From Stegostoma tigrinum (Eukaryota), in assembly GCF_030684315.1 (NCBI RefSeq), contig NC_081396.1, forward strand, positions 1,612,001 to 1,676,000: DNA of 64,000 nucleotides. Direction: 5' to 3'. Below, piece by piece: positions 10,770 through 23,727 of this stretch. The notes below the pieces were generated by a model that was given only the letters and a program-made list of their open reading frames with translations, had not been told where the DNA came from and did no database searches. A program made the translations under genes and the position numbers. Each line of letters starts with the position of its first letter. The first letter of the stretch is position 1.

Positions 10770-13753
10770 AGAACATAGAAAATTACAGCACAGTACAGGC
10801 CTGTCGGCCCTCGATGTTGTGGCGACCTGTCATACCGTTCTCAAGCCCATCTAATCTACACTACTCCATGTAGGTCCATATGCTTATCCAATGACGACTT
10901 AAATGTACCTGAAGTTGGCGGATCTACTACTGTTGCATGCAAAGCGTTCCATTCCCTTACTACTCTCTGAGTAAAGAAACTACCTCTGACATCTGTCCTA
11001 TATCTTTCACCCCTCAATTTAAAGCTATGCCCCCTCGTGCTCACCGCCACCATCCTAGGAAAAAGGCTCTCCCTATCCACCCTATCTAACCCTCTGATTA
11101 TTTTATACTTTCCAATTAAGTCACCTCTCAACCTTCTTCTCTCTAATGAAAACAGCCTCAAGTCCCTCAGCCTTTCCTCGTAAGACCTTCCCTCCATACC
11201 AGGCAACATCCTAGTAAATCTCCTCTGCACCCTTTCCAAAGCTTCCACATCCTTCTTATAATGTGATGACCAGAACTGTACACAATACTCCAAGTGCGGC
11301 CGCACCAGAGTTTTGTACAGCTTCACCATAATCTCTTGGCTCTGGAACTCGATCCCTCAATTAATAAAAACTAAAACACTGTATGCCTTCTTAACAGCCC
11401 TGTCAACCTGGGTGGCAACTTTCAAGGATCTGTGCACATGGACACCGAGATCTCTCTGCTCATCTACACTACTAAGAATCTTGCCATTAGCCCAGTAATT
11501 TGCCTTCCGGTTACTCCTACCAAAGTGCATCACCTCACACTTGTCCGCATTAAACTCCATTTGCCACCTCTCAGCCCAGCTCTGCAGCTTATCTATTTCT
11601 CTCTGTAATCTGCAGCATCCTTCGTCACTATCCACAACTCCACTGACCTTAGTGTCGTCTGCAAATGTATTAACCCATCCTTCTACGCCCTCATCCAGGT
11701 CATTTATAAAAATGAGAAACAGCAGTGGACCCAACACCGACCCTTGCGGTACACCACGAGTAACTGGTCTCCAGGACGAACATTTCCCATCAACTACCAC
11801 CCTCTGTCTTCTTTCAGCAAGCCAATTTCCGATCCCAACTGCTATATCTCCCACAATTCCATTCCTCTGCATTTTGTACTTTCGCCTATTGTGGGGAACC
11901 TTATCGAACGCCTTGCTGAAATCCACATACATCACATCAACCGGTTTACTCTCATCTATCTGTTTGGTCGCCTTCTCAAAGAACTCAATAAGATTGTGAG
12001 GCACGACCTTCCCTTCTCAAAACCGTGGTGACTATCCCCAATCAATTTATTCTTTTCGAGATGATTATAAATCCTATCCGTTATGACTTTTTCCAACACA
12101 TTACCAACAAGTGAGGTAAGGCTCACTGGTCTGTAATTGCCAGGGTTGTCTCTACTCCCATGCTTGAACAGGGGAGCCACCTTTGCTATCCTCCAGTCAT
12201 CTGGCACTATTCCTGTAGACAATGATGAGTTAAAGATCAATGCCAGAGGCTTGGCGATCTCCTCGCTGGCTTCCCAGAGGATCCTAGGATAAATCTCATC
12301 CGGCCCAGGGGACTTATCTATCTTCTCCCTCTGAAGGATTTCTAATACCTCTTCCTTGTGAACCTCAATCCCACCTGGTCTAGTAACCTGTATCTCAGTA
12401 TTCTCCTCGACAGTATTGTCGTTTTCTAGAATGAAGACTGTTGAAAAATATTCATTTAGCGCTTCCCCTATCTCATCTGACTCCACACACAATTTACCAC
12501 TACTGTCCTTGATTGGGCCTAATCTTACTTTCGTCATTCTTTTATTCCTTTAATACCTTTAGAAAACCTTAGGGTTTACCCTGATCCTATCTGCCAACAA
12601 CTTCTCATGTCTCCACCTCGCTCTTCTGAGCTCTCTCTTTCAGTCTTTCCTGGCTAACTCGTAGCCCTCAAGTGCCCTAACTGAGCCTTTACATCTCATC
12701 CTAACATAAGCCTTATTCTTCCGCTTGACCAGAGATTCCACCTCATTCATAAACCACGGCTCCCGCACTCTACAGATTCCTCCCTGCCTGACAGGTACAT
12801 ACTTATCTAGGGCACACAGGAGCTTTTCCTTGAATAAGCTACACGTTTCTAATGTGCCCATCCCCTGTAGTTTCCTTCCCAATCCTATGCTCCCTAAATC
12901 TTGTCTAATCGTATTTGCCTTTCCCCCAGCTATAACTCTTGCCCAGTAGTATACACCTATCCCATTTCATCACTAAAGTAAACATAACAGAATTGTGATC
13001 GCTATCACTAAAGTGCTCACCTACTTCCAAATCTAACACCTGGCCAGTCTCATTACCCAGTACCAAATCTAATGTGGCCTCGCCCCTTGTTGGCCTATCT
13101 GCATACTCTGTCTGGAAGCCCTCCTGCACACTCTGGACAAAACCTGGCCCATGTATAGTACTCGAACTATAGTGTTCCCAGTCAATATCTGGAAAGTTGA
13201 AGCCCCCCATGACAACAACCCTGTCTCTCTCACTCCTATCGAGAATCATCTTTGTTATCCTTTCCTCTACATCTCTGGAACTATTCGGAGGCCAATAGAA
13301 AACTCCCAACTCCTTTCCTGTTTTTAACCTCAGCCCATACTACTTCAGTTGACGAGTCCCCAACATCCTTTCTGCAACTGCAATGCTGTCCTTGACCAAC
13401 AATGCCACACCTCCGCCCCTTTTAGCATCATCTCTGTTCTTACTGAAACATCTAAATCCCGGAACCTGCAACAACCATTCCTGTCCCTCCTCTATCCATG
13501 TCTCCGAAATGGCCACAACATCGAAGTCCCAGGTACTAACCCATGCTGCAAGTTTACCCACCTTATTCCGGACGCTCCTGGCATTGAAGTAGACACACTT
13601 CAAACCAACTTCTTGCTTGCCGGTGCCATATTGCTTCCCTGAAACTTTATTTGGGACCACCGTACGTTCAAACTTTTCTACAGTCGAACTACAATTTTGG
13701 TGCCCATCCCCCTGCTGAATTAATTTAAACCCACCCGAATAGCCTTAGCAAAT
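10770..13753 (-). mobile_element. CR1-clade LINE with nearly complete but disrupted ORF2 (APE endonuclease + RT)
   Basis: Endonuclease motifs YFNARS..DVVAISETW and SDHN. RT motifs PGNYRPVSLTS, DFSKAFDKV, GVPQGSVLGP and FADDTK. CR1 C-terminus RGHS.KL..FF.QRVV..WN.L and a tatgttc-type 3' tail. Stops and frameshifts present. Confidence 0.95.
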
Positions 13754-15167
13754 ATTGTTTCAGTATTCAAATGTCAATAGAATACTTTTGTATTTCATAA
13801 GTTGTATTTTGCACTTTCTTCTTTAATTTGTGTGTTGTGCCTGCCTGAATATGTGCATGGCTTTGTAATCTTGTGTGTTCGCCTCAGCAAGCAATATTAG
13901 ATGTTTTGATTGAAGGTTGAATGAACTGAAATGTCAGAGCCTCTCTCCAGTTTTTTCTCTTTAATCATTTAAATGTCAGTCCTGTCATCTTCTCAAAAAT
14001 GGACGCTACTGCACAAGAGCTAGATTTGGAAACAAAAATGTTAGATTTTGAAAGGCATCACAATATTATTTTTTCCCAAACGCTATGGTTGGCATTTTTC
14101 TCTTGAGGGCTTGCTGTTATTTGCATTTTACTTTGATGGCTATGTTTTGATCATCTGGTTAGGCTCTGTTGTTCTCTATAACTCCTTTATTTGGTGACGA
14201 TATCAGCAAACAACAATAAATTTTGGACTTGATTTAACGTGTAATGTCATGTTCTGCAGTCAGTGCTTGATTTGCAGTGACACTACGGTCTCCATTTTTT
14301 TCAGCATGTGGCAGAAGTTTTTTTGAAAATAGATACATATCCCATATTTTGTTTATGTTTTACTTATTCTTCTTGATATTTGACTTCAAGAATTTCTTTA
14401 AATCTCATTCAAGAGATTTCACTCTCACCCCTTCCTCCCAATGAAAAGATACTGACTCTGTTTGATTATGTTGGGGATTTCTAAATAATTTACTATTACA
14501 TCCAATTTAATGGACTCTGGATATTTTCCATTCCTATGGAAGTAAATCTAGCTGTCCCGCCGTTTTTTTTTAATCTCTCCTACAGTTGTGGAATAAATGT
14601 CGTAAGACTGATTGCAGAGAAATTGAAAGAGAAGACGAGAGTTATTGTTGATACTCTTAAGAGTAATACTCGAACCCGATATTGGATCAACTGAAAATAC
14701 ATACAGTTGACAATAAATTCAATAGTTCAGGGAAAGAGTACGACAGATCAAAATATAAATGCTTGATTTTTTGCTTGACCTGGTGTAAATAGAATGTCTA
14801 CATGATTGTTTTCTCCTTTTTTTAACCAATTAGTATACATGACAATATAGAACACATTCAGAATATTTGAAATGTATTAAAGCTATAATTGATAGTTCAC
14901 AGTTTTCTATGATTTTCAGTAAAAGCTCACCACCTTTTGAATTTCCACTCTGACACAGTATGTTAGCTAATTCTGCTGTCAGTGTGGATGCTGGTGTGTG
15001 GCATTTTTCGTTTTTTTTTCTTCTCTTCAAAGGCATTCCTGGAAGAACAATATAATTTTACAACAGCGAAGATTAACAGTCCTTGATGTTTTCCCCAAAG
15101 AAAGTTTATTACCTTGCTATGAAGCAGGGGACTCAGTACAGTTGATATTTTATCCCTTGAAACACAG

Positions 15168-15405
15168 ATTAGATTAGATTTCCTGCAGTGTGGAAAAAGG
15201 CGCTTTGGCCCAACAAGTCCACACCGCCCCTTGAGGTATCTTACCCAGACCTATCACCCTATAACCCACACACCCCTGAACACTACAGACAATTTAGCAT
15301 GGCCAATCCACCTCGCTTCCACATCTTTGGACTGTGGGAGGAAACTGCAGCACCCGGAGGAAACCCACGCAGACACGGGGAGAATGTGCAAACACCACAC
15401 AGACA
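15168..15405 (-). mobile_element. HE1/V-SINE-like SINE
   Basis: V-domain sequence ggaggaaac..gcacccggaggaaacccacgcagacacggggagaatgtgcaaac and an (agatt)n tail. Decayed relatives lie at about 18440-18600, 18977-19240 and 22500-22660. Confidence 0.8.
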
Positions 15406-16074
15406 CATGCGCATACACACATATCTAGACAGACACAAATACATATCAGCTCAGTAACATAAACACACTTAAGTGGACCCACAAGCACACACACACGTGG
15501 ACACACGAACACAGAAGCAACAGATTCACGCAGGGGGAGCTGAACTTAGAGAGAATGGTTTTATAAACTACTTCCACAGGAGATGAGAGGGAAAGAATCT
15601 AGAAATAGCTAATTGTAACAGGGAAAACTTTATCACTTCGCATTCTCAGTGACACAGTTGGAATTTATAAACTTAAACAATAACAGCATTTGGGAAAGAT
15701 TTAACAAATTGACATTTTTTTGAAGAAGGCATTCGAGGTGGTCAGCCCGAGGTATTTTAAATAATCAATGCTTCGAATGGGTTCCATATCCATAGAATGT
15801 ATCCACATGAGTTTTTCTTTTACTGTTTCGAAGCCGGATTGAGTAATTGTGAAGTGGAAGGCAGGAAATTGGAGTGTGTAGTTCCTTTATGAGTTTTGTG
15901 CTTTGTCTGTAGGTTTGTGCTTTGTCTGTGCTTTTCTATACATATTTTTCAAAATGAATGTATGTAATCAATAGCTGATGTTGACAGTACATAGATCCTC
16001 AAAACATGAAACAGGTGTATCAAAAAAAAGCCTGACTGGTGACAGTCAAAACAGCAAACCTGTTTTGATATCGT

Positions 16075-16355
16075 GACAACGAGGTTGATTGCACCTGCAC
16101 AGGCGATTCACATTCCTTATTCTGCTACCATCAGAACACAGGCAGACAGCTCAAGTTTTCAATTCAGACGTACAAGACTGAGGATGCTGAACTGAAAGCT
16201 AATTTTCATTCAAGCCGGTTGTCTGATGTAATCGACCATTCAAGTAAATTGTATTGATTGACGATCTTGGAGCTGCTAATGTTTGACAACGTTGTCTATT
16301 ACTATACAGTGAACCTCGCAGTAATAAGAACGAGTGGAAGCCTTGTACAGTAACT
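16075..16355 (+). pseudogene. TCR alpha/delta-type V pseudogene, family A, 5'-truncated, with degenerate 23-RSS
   Basis: Reads DCTCTGDSHSLFCYHQNTGRQLKF..AELKANFHSSRLSDVIDHSSKLY*LTILELLMFDNVVYYYTVN. The RSS is CGCAGTA + 23 nt + ACAGTAACT (16317-16355), and its spacer end AAGCCTTGT is shared with the RSS at 39721. Confidence 0.88.
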
Positions 16356-19300
16356 GACTGTGCCTGTTCAGCGCTATTTATAACAGCAGGCCAATCGTTG
16401 ACACTTCAGTATATTCGTGTGAGACAAAACCCAAAGCATAATCCATATGTACAGTACTTCCATTCGTTCACTCAATTCATGATTAAGGCACTGAAACTGA
16501 CTATGTGAGCATTAAATTGATTGTTGTTTATTTATAACTCCCAGAAAACTCCTTACATGAAGAAAGAAACAGTAACGTGGCTTGGAGAGAGATGCATCAC
16601 TCTCCATCGAATTTAGGACGATATCCATGCAAAGGAACATATTGTTGCAGAGGTTTTGAACTCAAATATCAGCGTAGAGTGGACGCTGAAGGCTGCTGAA
16701 TGTACGTCCTAATAATTGTGATAGCGTGATTGGAATTTTTTAAGGTGAAACACACTTACATATTTTATGGCCAAGCTTCCATGCTATTATCAGATACAAC
16801 GAGATTTTTTTTAAAATCAAGACGGAGTCAGAAGCTAATGCTGAACGATTGATGGATTAATAACCTGCTTATAAATAAATTTATGGAGAAAATGACATTA
16901 TATAGTTGATTATTGTCAATATTACTAAACTAAAGGCATATATTGCTTATACATGTAGACACATGAAAGGGAAGAAAAGCAATTCCCATATCGAATACAC
17001 CTGGACATTTTAGAAGGTTGGAACCTACCAGTTTCGAGAACTGCAATAGTTCATAATAAGTAAATAGGAAGGGTGGACGTGGTTTCAGTTTAAAAAGTTG
17101 GCGTTAACATGTGGAATTAATGCATAATTGTTTAAATTTAAACCTGATGGCGGACTTCAACAAAAGGAACAGATGCTAAATTGTTCAACCCGGACTTAGG
17201 AAGATATTGAATTGTGTCCTGCCTTAAATATCTTGACATTGCAGCTACATGCATTGACGCTTCTTAAACGTCAGAGAACATTTTTTTTCAAACCACCACA
17301 ACAGGCAATGAGCTTCAGATACTCACCACTCTCTGAGTGAAAAGAATAACCAACTTACATCTCCTGCCACTTCCATAAAAGTACTATTCATGCTGATTGA
17401 ATTGTACACTGAAAGAAGCCATCTGTCGTGTTGATCTGCCCAAAACAACAAAATCTGGAAACATAGGCAGCAGAAATACAAAATTTGCACGGTAATGCCA
17501 AAGTATATCAAACCTATCTCGTTAGCTATGCATCCATGACATAATGGCCTCGTGCGTTTCAGGCCGACAGTTTTCATATTCTATGGCCAAGGAGTCGATC
17601 CTAGAATCTAAATGTTCTAACATGGATCCTGAGTCAAATTAATCCATGTTGTAAATTATTTGCATTAGTCTGTCTTTTGAGACTTACAGCATTCCTGCAT
17701 GTAAATGAAAGAAAAAGATCTTACTTGCAACAAAATATCAAATATTTAAAGTCCTTAATCCCTTGGGGTTGCGCCAGGCACCTTTGGAAATAATGATCTA
17801 TCCTCAAAAGCCTTCTGTGGCAAACGAAAACACAGATTTCCATTCCTCGGACAGAGCAATTTTATATTCTTCTCTGTCTTAAGTATGAAGTCATTCTTGT
17901 GAGATAATATTCTTTTTCTGTGACATTCCTAATTGGAGTATTGACTGTCCTGTCTTATCATGTCTCATGTGTTTCAATAGTTAGCTGGTTATATGCAATC
18001 CTGTAGCCGAGCAATCTCAGGCGGCAGATTTAGCCTGCAGCCCGCCTTCCACTCACGAGGACAATCCCTCGTATGAAGGAGTAGACTTATCAGCAGAGGC
18101 CTATCAGTTTGAGACTCTACTCACTGTAGCTTAAAATAATCAATTGAAACATTTTACATTTTAAGGGATTGGACAAGTTAAATGCTGAGAGAACATTTCC
18201 TGTCTTGAGAGGGCATAGCCTCAGTGTTACAGGAAACCAGGCAGAGACAGAGATAGATTTCCGATCACTCGGGAAATGAGGGGTTACAGACAGATGGCAG
18301 GGAAGGCAATTTAAGGAATGTCAGATTAATCATGATCATATTAAATAATGAAGGAAGCACATGGTGCTGAATAGACCACTCCTGTTATTATTCGTTGTCA
18401 AATAATTGTAGGATCACAGGATCTTTGCAATATTGATGCAGACGAATCGGGGAGGATCCCATTCAAACACACACCCCTACACTAACCGTGTAACCCTCCA
18501 TTTCCTATGGCTGTTTCACCTACCATACACATCTCTGCATAGTGTGGACAACTTAACATGGCCAATCAACCTGCCCTGCAGCAAAACGAAACACCCGGTT
18601 CTTCTGCCTCAGTTGGCTGCTCCCTTGCAAAGAGATTTTGATCTGAGGAATGGTTAATGATCTTTAGATGTTACTCTTGTTTTCCCTCCATAGAAACTGA
18701 CTGAGATGCCGAAATTCTCCAGGCATTTTGTGTGTTTTTTTGACCAAAACGTATTTCAGCTTATACTGACTCGCCTTGTTCTTCCCACTAACCTGATCAA
18801 TTTCTCAGAAGAGTCACTAGGCCCGAAATATAAACTCTGATTTTGTACTTCACAGATGCTGCCATACCTGCTGAACGTTTCCAGAAACTTTTTTTCGACC
18901 TTAACATGATATAACCATCTACACTGAGAAAGCACAAGGTTATCTACTTGTTGTTAATCGAAACGCTTCAAGTTGGAATCATAGAATTCTTGGAAGTGTG
19001 GAAGCAGTCCCTTTAGATTGGCGAGGACTTACTGGCCCGCCAAAGAATGTTCCACCCAGACCCAACCCCTATTTTGTTTCTGCAACCCAAACTAACATCC
19101 ACAAGATTGGACAGTGAGCAGACAACTTTGCAGGCGGAGAATCAATGTGCAAACTTTACACAGTCAGTCACCTGTGCACGGAATTCAACACAGATCCCTG
19201 GAATTGTGTGGCAGCAGCGCTAATAACTGAGGCACAGTGTATTGCAGTTCATGACGTTAGGGGAAGATGGTGCAGTTTTACAGACAATCATACCTGCGAT

Positions 19301-21498
19301 TGCATCTATTACAAATAATATCTTTCACAGAACCCGTGCTTGTTTGGCTAAACCAAAATTTATTGGCAACACTAGCTGCTCTGGAGATGGTGTTGGAGAG
19401 GTTCCTTTGTGACGGAGAACTGTAGAGAAGGGGATTCCAGAATAATGTTCAGGTAACACTGAAAGAATGGTGATTTAATTACAAGTCAAGGTAGTGATTA
19501 TCATGGATGGGAGCTTTTGATGGAGTGACCCATAAATTATTCGTACTATGACAGTGGCTTCTGACATTAGTAAACAAACATTTTTCTTTTGGAAAATCGA
19601 CACTCCAAGGAAATAAAAACAAGTTTCGTTGCCCCATTCGAGTGTTTATATGAAAAATGTTTTATTATTTCTACTTAATGTCCTTCTTTGTGCCTAAGCA
19701 GAATACATCATTACGGAACAGGATAGCCATACCCCTGTGAGATTTAAACCAAGCTCCAGCCTGTTACTGTGGGAGTAAAGATTTCCTTCTAACAAGAACA
19801 CTGGAAACACTCACAGAAACTTGCCTTTCCAAACATCATCTGATTAACGTTTGTTAGAAAGAAAGAAAATTCCTCATCTCCACTTTACAATTAATGAGCA
19901 ACAATTTACTTGGTTAACCCTAAGAATGAACAAATAAACAGAATTATTAACAAGTCGGACAATGCCATCCCTCCACCTGCCCCCAGACTAATAATTACTC
20001 CCTGACTCGTCTAATGTCTACTAAAATGGCGTTCAAATAAACACAATTCCCACTTGTACTAAACCACTTAGTTAGAAAAAATAGCTTAATCTTTCCAAAT
20101 TCTCACAATCTCTGCCTTCTCCATTTTATCTCCATTCTTTCTTCTGTCAATTTCATTTAAGTAATGCCTTTTTTCCATTGATTCTGCTGTCTGGATGTTT
20201 TTATCTTTAATTTCTTTGATGCGGACTTTAAGATAAAATGCCTTGGTAACTTTGATGGGAGTTTTCAGACAGCTGAATAATTTTGTGTGTAAACAATATT
20301 TGTATCCCAGATGGCAAAATTGCTTTCACTGCAGATGAAGTTTGGTTCTCCCCTCAGATGGCAGATTCCTGTCTCTCCATTTTTCCAAATACCCTCTTTT
20401 AATCCCATAATAACATAGTAGTAGCTTGGTCCGATGTTGTCCACGCTGCATGTTTTGAAATTCAGTTGGCATAGAATCGCTGTCTGATTGTTTTCATTTT
20501 CTTGGGCAAACTCAATCTTGCTGCCTTGGTAAAAATATCGCTTGACTGTTTCAGTTGGGGCACCGGCTGTGCACAGTCGTTGTCAACTTCCAGGCACCAA
20601 CAAAGTAAAATACCTGAAAGGGACGAGGCTCTCTTTCTTCCCCCCACAATATAACTTATTGCTAACCATTCCAACTTCATGCTTTCCGTTGCTGAATATT
20701 CTAATAAGGTTCGGAGCAATATGGATGATGTATAATCTTTAGATGTGGGTGAGAATATACAGTGCAGTGCTGCAAATTTTCATTCACTCAATATTAATTT
20801 GATCTCCATCCCCGGGAACAGAGTGGAGTGAAAGGATTCAAGCAACCCAGAACAAGTTCCTAATAATAATTGTTCAACATCAGCAGAGTATGAAGAACAG
20901 GCTGAACTGCTATCTCACAGATGAGAAATGCGTGTGAGGCATAACAACACACAAACGCTTTTTCAAATGTCTGTCATCCTATTATCATCAATTTCTAACG
21001 CCTTTGCAGAGAGTTTCTTCAGAATTCAGATCCCAGGACGTTCTTATTACCACTATGATAACACTGCCCATAATTATGTGTCATCCTATTATCATCAATC
21101 TCCAACGTCATTAAGAAGATGTGCTTCAGAATTCAGATTCCACTTTGGTATCACCTCCCGCCTTCTATACCTTCCATTCGTCTGCCGTGTCCAGAAATGA
21201 ATATGTGAAGCCAAACATTGAATAAGTGGGCGACTTCAAGTGATTATAAAATACATTATTATTCACAGCATTTGTAAACATTATGTTAAAATGATTTGAC
21301 TTGAAGAATACAGAAAGTACAATGAAATTCAACTTGGCTCTCTAAAAGACTTTCTACTCTGAGTAAGCTCATTATAATTACAATCATCTGATGATTACTG
21401 ATGAATGACAGACATTTGACTCGACTGCTTAAGAAAAAAAGTTTGACCTCACTCCCTGCGATCGAATCTAAAGAGGAAAGATTGGGAGTTGTTTCCCG

Positions 21499-21527
<29 letters not shown>
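21499..21527. repeat. (CT)n microsatellite
   Basis: Directly visible. Confidence 0.9.
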
Positions 21528-21530
<3 letters not shown>

Positions 21531-23727
21531 TGTGCGTTTTATGGGCGTGTTACAGACAACTGGTCACATGCCTGAGCACATCAGCATGAGAGATTTTGAT
21601 TGAATTTGCGACACAATCTACAGCTATTGTTTCTGGGAAAGCATTTTAGAATTATTTCTGAAGTAGTATGCAAAGAAGGAACAAAGGTTTACATGAAGAA
21701 TGTATCCCCAACTCCCCGATTCCTCTCCCTGAATTTACCAGCGGTAATACACTTGCAGTTTATATGAGATTTCCGTGTTGGTCAGTGGAAGGAACTCAGT
21801 GCAGAGATGAGGGGGATGACGTCAGCGTTGTTTGTTGTAAATCGAACAAGAGATAGAACGGCACATTCAGATTTGTGAGGTTGACTCTTACTATATTTAC
21901 AACTTACGAGTGAAATAAATCTGCACTGGCAGCACAACTCTTGTTATTGAGATCTTTTCTTGTTACATTAAGAAATTGGTCTGTGATTCTCTCACTGGAG
22001 GTGATTGTTTCTCTTCCTCGGTGTGAAACTTCACTCTAGTGAGCTCTACCAGGCTAAAAAACTTTCTGATGAAGGCCCCAGACCTGAACCATCAGCTTTC
22101 TTGCGCCTGTGGTGTTGCATGTCCTGCTGTGTTTGCCCAGCCCTACACATTGATATATCTTACTTCCCATTTTATTGGTTTTCCTAAAATCCTCCATTCT
22201 TATTGCTTATTTTTTTCTGAGAGTTTAGTACTCTTAGTATTGTCATTCTATTGCCGCTTTGTCACTTCCTTGCATTGAAACGTTTTCCTTTTTCCCTTTT
22301 TCTCAACTCTGTCATTTATTGCATTTTCCAAAATGTCTTTAAATGCACAGCATCGCTTAATTACAGATTTTCTCTGCTATCCTACTTGTATGGTTTACAT
22401 TACAAAAGTACCAACGCAATTCAGCTAAACATTTTCTCTTTCGTGTAAATCTCACATTCTCCACTGCTGATTATGTTCATTGTCTCCTGGCTCACTGTAC
22501 CAGACCCAGATTTGACTCCACTTTTGGACAACTGTCTGTGTTGAATTTGTACGTTCTCACTCTGACTGCATGTGTTGTTTAACATCATGCAAACTGTGTA
22601 CATTAGGTGGTTTGGCAACGGTATGTTGTCTGTAGTGTCGAGGGATATGAAGACCTAGTTCAGTAAGGACGATAATGCAGGATTTGTTCAGACGAATCAA
22701 TACTTTTTTAACTTTAGGAGTACTATAATCCACCCACAGCCATCATTCAGCACCATTCTCATCTTTGTAACTTCATGCTTCCTCTTCCAAGTGTCTTAGG
22801 AATATTTTAAAAATTCACTATAATCTTTGACATTGTGCAGTACCAAAACGCAATGCCTCGTGCCTCGTCTAAATTGCGTATTTTTAATTTTTTTTTTCTT
22901 GCCTGTGCCATTTGAATATTCGTGGCTCATGGTGATGGTTTCCACTCACTCCTGATCATTTCAGCCCAACTACAACTTCATCTCCATCTGTAAACGCCTG
23001 AAATTAAGCATCCATCAGGCACATGTAAGATTCTGAGGGGGATGGCAAATTCGGTAAGAGAGCATGTCTGTTCCTCTTTGAGGAACCTGGAACACAGATG
23101 TGAAAAAAATATCGAAGAGAAGGAAGGCCTTAATCAAAAATTATTTTTTTTTTGTTGATCGGGGGAATGCTCCCTTCAAGATTCGTTATATTTGGAATTC
23201 TGTTTCCTGAGCATGGAACCTTAAAATTTAAATAGATGGCTATTTAAAGTGAGAACAATACTGAATGTCTGAAAATATGAGATAGAGGTGGTGACAAATG
23301 CATGTGAACAACTGGAGAATAGAAAGCGAAGCGTATTTATTCTTTAACAAACAGTGATTGACTCACTGTTAACATCAGATCTGAGAAGCCAACCAATTGT
23401 AACTGGAAAAAAATCTGCTGGGTTTGAAATTTAAGTCAATGAGCCTAATATGGAATTTAGGGCCTCAAGCAATGGTTTGAGAATCCTCCCCACTTGCTTC
23501 CCAAAGTAAAGTGTTGTTTCCTGGGTTCGTGATCACATTTAGACTATAAATGGCTTATTGCAAATTTTTGAAACTTTGTTGATTTTGTGAAGGTGTAGTA
23601 CTTTAGAGATGATGCGGCTATCAATTATGTGAAGAAACGATAAGATCATAACAATTGGGGATCGCTCAGTCTTACAAGAGGGAGCACAGGCTGTCGTTGA
23701 GAACCATTTCACAGAAACACAGCAATA

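Noticed and set aside
11541-11999. 152-aa ORF and the similar one at 24482-24883
   Set aside because: Antisense frames of the CR1 RT.
21670-21920. Possible V relic (KEGTKVYMK.., SDL..DS)
   Set aside because: Scattered motifs in different frames and no RSS.
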